DNA of 42,260 nt from an uncultured Planctomycetia bacterium (GTDB lineage: Bacteria > Omnitrophota > Gorgyraeia > 1-14-0-20-64-10): assembly GCA_964372955.1 (NCBI GenBank), contig CAYJTC010000002.1:1-42260 (forward strand), written 5' to 3'. Shown piece by piece: positions 27,801 through 31,098 of this stretch. The translations under genes were made by a program, and so were the position numbers. Below the pieces are notes generated by a model, which saw only the letters and a list, made by a program, of their open reading frames with translations, had not been told where the DNA came from and did not search any database. The first letter of the stretch is position 1, and the number at the start of each line of letters is the position of its first letter.

Positions 27801-30274
27801 TGGGAATGGGCTCTGGCCACCACTCCGCCGTACGGGTCGTTGAGGCTAGAGACCTGGATCGTAATGTTTAAGCCTTTCCAGAAAACGTCTCGGAAATCCA
27901 GCGGAGACGCCTTGGAGAGGAATGCTCCGAAACCGGTCGGCTGAGGCTGTTTCGTCTCCGGATGAGGGTCGATGGGCTCTCCATTGTGGAGGTCAAAGGT
28001 CAGATACCCGTGCCACTTATTCTCTTCCGTTCCCCGCTGGTCGTAATAACTCGGATCCGAGATGGCCCTCTCAAGAACCTGCACAAACGCCTCGGAAACC
28101 ATCTCCTGGAACTTCTTGCCTCCCATCTGCTTCGAAGCCAGCAGCTCGTCTGCCGTGAAGAGAAACCCGTGCTTGGCTAGGAGCAACCGCATTTGTCTGA
28201 TTTCATTCCTATAATCGTAGATCTTTCGCTCTATTTTTGCTTTCTGATCAGCAGTAGCTTTTAAGAGGGCCTGCCTCAGGCTATGGACCCTCTCGTTGAC
28301 CTCCCCCAGCTGTTTCCCCAGCGCTTTGAAGACCTCCAGGACGTCGATTAAGCGGAACAGGCGCCGAAGCGCGACCTCCGACGGCTCTACGGAGAAATGG
28401 CCTCCATCGTTTTGGGTCAAAGACATCAGGACCAGAAGCATGAGAAGCACTTCCGAATCGGTGGTCCCCTGGATCTTCACCCCTTTGGAGTCCAAGTAGG
28501 CCCGCACCCAGTCATAAGTCTCCCAATCCCCGTTGTGCGAAAGGCTGAAGACCCCGTTCTCCCACCCTTCCTCCAAGAGCTGATCGATCTGACGGCCATC
28601 GTCTATCCCCAGCAAAGAAGCCAAGACGGGCAGAATATCCTCCAGATCGACTTCCCAATGATGGGCGTTGGCCAGCTGGAATCCGCCTTTTGTCGCGAAA
28701 CGGGTGTGAAAATAGACGCCGCGCGCGGAAATGCGGGCCAACGGGTGGTCCCGCCGTCCTTTTTGGGTCGTGACGATCCAGTCGGAACTGACGGGGGATT
28801 CCTGCTTCGCTTCAGCCTGCAGCTCTCCTCGCCCAATGGCTTGAAAGAAGCCGGAAACCACATCCTTCACCCGGCTGGCGTCCTCTCTTTTCATTCCCTG
28901 CTGATTCGCGGTGACTCCTCCGACGACCCGGGAAACAGCGAAGAAGCGGATCGACTTTAAATGGCCCTCTGGGCTCTCCACCAGCTTAACCCGTTTGGCG
29001 CGGGCCCATCGCCGCAGCTCCAGAGTTACCGAGAGGGGTAGGATTTCCCTAACCAGATCGGCCAGCGGCATCTCATACTTGATCAGAAGGGCCGCGGCGT
29101 CGAAACCGCGGGGCTCCAGCAGCTCAATGGCCCGGTAAGCGGCCTCATAAGGCGAAGAGTCCGGCCGGATCCCGAAAAAGGCTCCTTTCTCGAGCTCCGA
29201 AGACGCCAACGAAGAAGGCACGCTCACCACGCCGCAGCAGCCGATCACGCCAGCCAGATGGGATGCGGAGAGAACCCGGACCCCTCTGGGAAGAGCCCCA
29301 TCCGTCCGAACTCCCACCAGCCCCCGCCCTCCGATCCACCGGCTCATGAACTCCCTGCGGGAAACGGTGACCTCGGCGGTCCCGAGGACCCCCTCTTCTC
29401 CAAAGGCCGGCTCCGTAAAGGTGACCGCTTCCGGCGTTGCCTCTTTAACGACAACAAAATGACTCTCATCCAAGTGGGCGATGAAATGTCCGGCCTGTGT
29501 CAGAGATCCTAAATCCTCTTCTCTGGCAGCCACCCCTTCCCAGCGAATCCGGGAGCCTGCCGACGCTCCTTTTTGGACCGTTTCCAGACGAGTCTGAATG
29601 TCCAAAAGAGAATCCGCCAGCATCCGATGAGTCATTCCACCATGCTGACGCTCCACGTAAGAGAATCCTCCCGTGCGGACCAGCTGATGCAGGATGAGAA
29701 TCGCCGTCTGCCGCTCCCGGCTGTTGAATTCATCGCTTTGCTCCTCTTCCGGGCGCCGGAATTGGGGATCCGAAGTCAGATTGGCGATCGCATCCGCACC
29801 GCAGGTGACGCAAGCCACGGGAGATGCCCCGATGACTGCTTCTAGCTGCGCTTCAACTTCCTGTTTGGAAGGGAGCCGCCGGGCCAACTCTTTGGAGCGG
29901 TCCTTAAGGAATTTCATTCCCGCAAGAACCTGATCCTGGAGATTCGCCTGCCGTTCAGGCAGTGAGGCCAGGAACTGATCCAACTCTCCCAGGAGCGTCC
30001 GATCCTGAGCAGTGAGGGTCCGATTGGAAATGTCCTTTTTCCGTTTCGGCTCCACCAGAACGGAGGTGTGGCCAATAATCGCAGCAACCGGAGTCGTCGC
30101 GCCGCCGCCCAGCTGTTCCTCCAGGCCGGCTTGGGACTTGCCCTCGATGCCGGGCCGCAGGGTCCTTCGACCCAGCTCAGGACTGGCTCCGGCGGGAAAA
30201 GCTTGTGACAAGGTAAGGGAAAGGATGAGTAAATACGCGAAGAACCGCCGAAACAGAAAACCCTTCGTCGTCAT
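18812..30274 (-). CDS. Giant multidomain protein A (3820 aa): signal peptide, C39-like Cys peptidase, GlmS-like Ntn amidotransferase with SIS modules, GlmU-C-like beta-helix, transaldolase-like barrel, shared C-terminal domain
   Basis: Uninterrupted 11,463-nt ORF. ATG 30274 with GAGAGGGGA 7 nt upstream.
- aa 1-30: signal peptide (MTTKGFLFRRFFAYLLILSLTLSQAFPAGA|S).
- aa ~150-345: papain/C39-like peptidase (PVACVTCGADAIANL; AGHFIAHLDESHFVVVKE).
- aa 347-~620: class-II amidotransferase as in GlmS (CGVVS, AYRAIELLEPRGFDAAAL, YFHTRFATKGGFQLANAHH, SLSHNGDWETY, GTTDSEVLL).
- aa ~995-1125: SIS (IVVVGAGSGTS, LLVVSQSGETGSAL, VIGVTNTAGSAV).
- aa ~1320-1470: SIS-like (ILLVGNGTDTYA).
- aa ~2240-2450: hexapeptide beta-helix (VGKNTF LDHAQH VKEAVL IGGFTS; GAGIITANHDGSGAELELKLPKGGFGGSGVVFQLP, compare the GlmU NYDG region).
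- aa ~3020-3290: transaldolase/FSA-like (VMLNPTL, GQVSFQVNSRLS, VFKVDGT, FTNITGQGS, ITQMAGRV).
- aa 3642-3820: C-terminal domain. Confidence 0.93.
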   Translation of the reverse strand: MTTKGFLFRRFFAYLLILSLTLSQAFPAGASPELGRRTLRPGIEGKSQAGLEEQLGGGATTPVAAIIGHTSVLVEPKRKKDISNRTLTAQDRTLLGELDQFLASLPERQANLQDQVLAGMKFLKDRSKELARRLPSKQEVEAQLEAVIGASPVACVTCGADAIANLTSDPQFRRPEEEQSDEFNSRERQTAILILHQLVRTGGFSYVERQHGGMTHRMLADSLLDIQTRLETVQKGASAGSRIRWEGVAAREEDLGSLTQAGHFIAHLDESHFVVVKEATPEAVTFTEPAFGEEGVLGTAEVTVSRREFMSRWIGGRGLVGVRTDGALPRGVRVLSASHLAGVIGCCGVVSVPSSLASSELEKGAFFGIRPDSSPYEAAYRAIELLEPRGFDAAALLIKYEMPLADLVREILPLSVTLELRRWARAKRVKLVESPEGHLKSIRFFAVSRVVGGVTANQQGMKREDASRVKDVVSGFFQAIGRGELQAEAKQESPVSSDWIVTTQKGRRDHPLARISARGVYFHTRFATKGGFQLANAHHWEVDLEDILPVLASLLGIDDGRQIDQLLEEGWENGVFSLSHNGDWETYDWVRAYLDSKGVKIQGTTDSEVLLMLLVLMSLTQNDGGHFSVEPSEVALRRLFRLIDVLEVFKALGKQLGEVNERVHSLRQALLKATADQKAKIERKIYDYRNEIRQMRLLLAKHGFLFTADELLASKQMGGKKFQEMVSEAFVQVLERAISDPSYYDQRGTEENKWHGYLTFDLHNGEPIDPHPETKQPQPTGFGAFLSKASPLDFRDVFWKGLNITIQVSSLNDPYGGVVARAHSQTQTTQVNLVVERDSQGEIARVVAVSELRGAAPQMGRVKERYPTSLPGINVVYGTAEGKFVEPWTIYTVDGTQVNRYKTWENGSETVNLAQEVSTLDAAWIEVLKEGEETYRKLSPYELETLVQHATYLRTFDRYVRRDEYDLLEPHLEVGEDGTGLTPGMLKLLSDPEAQIVVVGAGSGTSTFILEIADAEEPLFDTIRQSDSLRLRLTPNLTFGEKTILLVVSQSGETGSALNLIATALPSGAKVIGVTNTAGSAVDRFARVSGGTLRTRSTPESSVPATGTANHAILLLRILGIERWRRQALAAAQSSLDAPRINLEAHQRLEKLRAHGSRMEDGSLQAGTLAAVLDSSFQGKVLPWEKPVSEKGGAKLKSYRDRFSDVESYWRDNSRRSWTSHHAGYGVDFRPVNVTFIERGKGKTVSELGLKFAEVVGVTATVLRSSSEFLERDIAASNGRTNEQYQSQKELWDPSTVTETVRANRRHFADALNHARLTREPIQKILLVGNGTDTYAMQLVRNSYQHLCPASIEVMTYEEALARRGGRYSLPRGTLVVFVRPGEAMIYGRDPNDKGHETEQRKAADLIARWNIAPDQQICLHSSETTPLVQEIRPRLSNLLELQGRPYDQGFAVFSALDRLVAQLALRSIDEGTNLTETWKEEARSHIKQEQTSREAAASTGIQRTIDETSDSGYNSEAINRIAGFAEKRSQDRGWEGFNIWPGGYGAREWLARDFARWIREYLGMVSYPEEPSNFGHGGFAAQQPGGELVVWYGNVGPSEKAAYDPDMKKRTTEMIPRAVNPPFPTDREPGFFLYVGTEGDLKDLSIPDGHFQAFRHGRKQSLENIPLTLHKTIGVTHSDAVIATPNGDLLELLVLNRLVVNQLVGRRVELLKRAGIPWDVDRQEMGQVRRARRGELVVVYDSGAEGPDRAVFYKELRKRFPRWETTVMVLISKKEAESLYQMGGDVPDHVIALPTGDPVEAIAAIHGFTSFLAKKRFQPLAEWAAKVARAIWKELEDPAGTRGVFGQFDDPQDPQFLDEVVIIRAYAALNKKDDDGLSEKDRILKQQITGAISALESKYSPEATPKEARLRIGEVYQLLQEALEIYRINLPMVFGFAHDPDQLIRVLTYQQQGVTKIVTNLAGLEEDRPTTSASYFFVSPATSVQSPPPSQAGLEEQFLTWAKEVEAFDPIAAIRQDRETSEFLASVRAVNLAPDQAGAWKAAESLRGLSEEEQALLERQGNFAVNSSGKIGSWDDVFIDAAMSSDQVKAFLSRILGNRFFERVEIGRIEPREITLPDGITRKLRGIFSSEIRNSRLGKNMAIDSSEITNYVLKGDNIVVKARMAADPETTFGLSQYHEIRNEAGVRKLPVHPELILKGALHLSSRLLTDKRFADQYRAEHAEYVKLARSKWGIVEEGSVIDTTSQVINVYVGKNTFLDHAQHVKEAVLIGGFTSAEMEELLRLARSEQETPRLLVELTGAKLAQLRQGGEEAVRQHVRKQKVVVDNAAQLNFVVMKPQAHAATASQLTQMFLDEAATAEQGVNVTGMYLGPDGLVAKGEFGGDLGEDFVTSHHKTSLVLGGHLPYGFNVGAGIITANHDGSGAELELKLPKGGFGGSGVVFQLPADFSGSDHALFQTGILVSSGQTVTFPFMLMGVPDPDSMTKLGAKQRLYNEVAPGWVLTYLPYMLLRNEWKWSARKKSLRSTYRGEIYAPETAIHVKEALTHLEDIVDPERTLYMGEKDGGKRPSPQGVTGLGNNYLHKDNRIRGIEAYRQFLRQYSAQGLFRELDRLEKAGSLNAESVQALLKGPAQNRRWEHERQTLFENHEGKRVSEILAAYRDQSRATRELIKTRIDERVAKVVATLGLEGKELLDDSARNKFVVEILGPKTQFIETRVSQLTAALTSSGADLPLTAAGLETTEGEQGEVYEKILEFAARNPRAEVTTQGVPSPWYVSPEEVRDRPWKVRDLLGGAGSVPGNVGGRVKATFTPTRIIVEPARAGLEEIGQAETEEQVRGRILQQAKDWDRAEFGAQKLSFFTHPQNSRERNRFIRESLEKEFGQLGEAEKRSALRFLADATFLMASEGIQERTLRNKELFGADVLTPEVIQAEVQEWHALLNRLEALAKPLAQQVLADWRQDLLQIQLANVEKDFDAKTNKGQSFLAYWAEKAPTGSLSEFVTYFNEKIQKARLRRTVRLTGQVLGNDYGAGIDMLTDYYTFVMLNPTLSRRNVRERRSLQLKVKEAVFNFVRSNPGYDPKQRKWALLREATMVAGEPARRALLPIFIHEKGMRGQVSFQVNSRLSKRHEVVADIFLLGDRFAAETQAMMKELGVTEIFPKQQLDAFLENPLGNGYSKVHPVFKVDGTLAGVYGRVLEAWNEALTQAGDDLDQVDPTQINTESIIEDVHTQGLFTNITGQGSVAGAVAGFMAQVTANMKARTQKIPIHAAYITQMAGRVEAALRWVAIDRVRRALQAREDQDPKAAELLAKLEKEIKEGALKNPDSNGLMDNLVLREAAAYVSFRLSSDKAVRRAGAAIIQQTERILNALRTRLASNGVTPEETGQLLASTRLTVPDDTMSHFFQTSGRNIRIGFFPIAARGVEEGDQPDVPNGVTQTQFDAHIQAIEKNPAVLDGVFQEVEPELIQELIDSSIGDEFRRFYEVNDGEKELLTRLGIYQSEWSGQGWKLSELRQTAFARHTETGDWGMEIKDDDEAWLDRVKQQFMGDTNLWGRELEVLARLIEVDARQDAKSAAKALFAPLFEGENNPDQALETAVDNYLTNKPSPVIKKSVADLTLEPEFLPFKQNFDQARQAAAAGLEERTEGAAPTAVPPVRTLGTTPLVTATTVLNPVTRTIGVSRTSGIPLVRVPSAVDAHKGLILAHEALAFLEMVPSIEPVDGQQVPIVAIVENGDHLRKVKARAEQLGLQITLIDASVSYGGNVMLAARETKKRLSAEGFSYQLALFLSDLMEVVKFLGVPIPESFIQAAEGVLKEQVSQYL
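30197..30260. repeat. Direct repeat copy 1 (the 5' coding end of giant ORF-A)
   Basis: AAAAGCTTGTGACAAGGTAAGGGAAAGGATGAGTAAATACGCGAAGAACCGCCGAAACAGAAAA aligns with 30689..30751 at roughly 85 percent identity by eye. Confidence 0.85.
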
Positions 30275-30295
30275 GACGTTGTCCCCTCTCGGAAA

Positions 30296-30505
30296 GTGTG
30301 GTATTCTTGGGTCGTGAGGATCAGTAATTCCAAGCGGCGGTATTTGGCTGACGTTTGCGCAAAGATAACCGAATTTGCTGTCTCTATCTTGCTGATCGGA
30401 CAGCTTGTGACAGGGCGCCTAAGTATCCGGATACTGGTAGGGGCTTTACTGATGACAGCGGCTTTTGTCCTCATCGGAACCTGGCTGACACCAGACGAAC
30501 ACTGA
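30296..30505 (+). CDS. Possible small two-TM membrane protein (69 aa or shorter)
   Basis: Track ORF with two hydrophobic stretches (FAVSILLIGQLVTG, ILVGALLMTAAFVLIGTWL). It lies in a lower-GC segment of about 0.5 kb, divergent from the giant operon. No convincing RBS, and the start is unclear. Confidence 0.3.
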   Translation: MWYSWVVRISNSKRRYLADVCAKITEFAVSILLIGQLVTGRLSIRILVGALLMTAAFVLIGTWLTPDEH

Positions 30506-30523
30506 AAGAAAGGAGGCGGAACG

Positions 30524-30631
30524 GTGAGTGATTTAACTGCGTTGATTCCATTGGGCGGTGTGCTCTTGATCGCGCTAGGGGCGGCCTTTATCGTCTGGCG
30601 GCAAGAACATCCCAAAGCGAAACACCCATAA
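30524..30631 (+). CDS. Possible 35-aa single-TM peptide
   Basis: GTG 30524 is preceded by AGGAGG (30511..30516, 7-nt spacing). It reads VSDLTALIPLGGVLLIALGAAFIVWRQEHPKAKHP*. Too short for the ORF track. Confidence 0.35.
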   Translation: MSDLTALIPLGGVLLIALGAAFIVWRQEHPKAKHP

Positions 30632-30652
30632 TCCCAGCGTGTTTTCACCACG

Positions 30653-30769
30653 TTAGCCACCCACCTGTTTTCCTACAACACCCGACTCAAAAGCTTCGGC
30701 GAAGGTAAAGGAAAGGATGAGTAAAAACGCGAAGAACTGCCGAAAATAAAAAGCTCGATCAGATCTCAT
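30653..30769 (-). CDS. 38-codon mini-ORF, diverged paralogue of the giant ORF-A signal peptide
   Basis: ATG 30769 with AGGAGG (30780..30785) 10 nt upstream. It reads MRSDRAFYFRQFFAFLLILSFTFAEAFESGVVGKQVGG*. Compare the ORF-A N-terminus MTTKGFLFRRFFAYLLILSLTLSQAFPAGASP. Confidence 0.4.
   Translation of the reverse strand: MRSDRAFYFRQFFAFLLILSFTFAEAFESGVVGKQVGG
30689..30751. repeat. Direct repeat copy 2 (inside the mini-ORF)
   Basis: AAAAGCTTCGGCGAAGGTAAAGGAAAGGATGAGTAAAAACGCGAAGAACTGCCGAAAATAAAAA, the partner of 30197..30260, about 490 bp away. Confidence 0.85.
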
Positions 30770-30792
30770 GGAATCTATACCTCCTGCACGCC

Positions 30793-31095
30793 TTACGCGG
30801 CGTGCGCTTTGAGATGCTCCTCCACCATCTCCTTGAGTTTTGCCACTTCGTGCTGCAGAACTTGAGCGTCGTGCTGGAAGCGCCGAAGCTCGTTGGAATT
30901 CGCAATAATGGCGGTCTGGAATCCGTCGCAGAGCTGTTCAAGCCGGCCCACTCGAAATTCAACTCGTTCCATTCGCTCCTTGAGTTCGGCAATTCCCTCC
31001 AAAGTCAGTTTCTGCTGAGAATGCACCTCCTCTAAGAGAACCTCGAAGCGTTCCTTTTTGCCAATCTTACTGGGTCGTTTCGGTAACTTGGGCAT
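30793..31095 (-). CDS. Hypothetical 100-aa coiled-coil protein
   Basis: ATG 31095, 3 nt after the upstream stop, with a GAGGAT SD-like sequence. Lys-rich N-terminus (MPKLPKRPSKIGKKE), then heptad-like helices (LEGIAELKERMERVEFRVGRLEQL, HDAQVLQHEVAKLKEMVEEHL). No family recognised. Confidence 0.6.
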   Translation of the reverse strand: MPKLPKRPSKIGKKERFEVLLEEVHSQQKLTLEGIAELKERMERVEFRVGRLEQLCDGFQTAIIANSNELRRFQHDAQVLQHEVAKLKEMVEEHLKAHAA

Positions 31096-31098
31096 CGG

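Noticed and set aside
10820-30130. AGLEE sites as copies of a DNA repeat or mobile insertion scars
   Set aside because: The 15-nt coding strings differ by synonymous changes at Ala, Gly, Leu and Glu codons, and the flanks are unrelated at the DNA level. The conservation is at the peptide level.
10403-30274. Giant ORFs as NRPS/PKS, RHS/polymorphic toxin, or repetitive adhesin
   Set aside because: I saw no adenylation, condensation, KS or ACP core motifs. There are no YD/RHS repeats and no Ig/cadherin/haemagglutinin-type tandem repeats. Instead, distinct sugar-metabolism enzyme motifs each occur once.
30275-30650. Promoter for the giant operon in the 0.4 kb upstream of ATG 30274
   Set aside because: I scanned the minus sense by eye. 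The best candidates (TTGGAA-19-AAGAAT, TTGCGC...CAAATA) have poor hexamers or wrong spacing, so no call is made.
30271-30660. 129-aa minus-strand ORF spanning the region upstream of giant ORF-A
   Set aside because: It overlaps the ORF-A start codon out of frame. It has a Cys/Ser/Thr-rich odd composition, has no RBS, and is antisense to two small ORFs with better signals.
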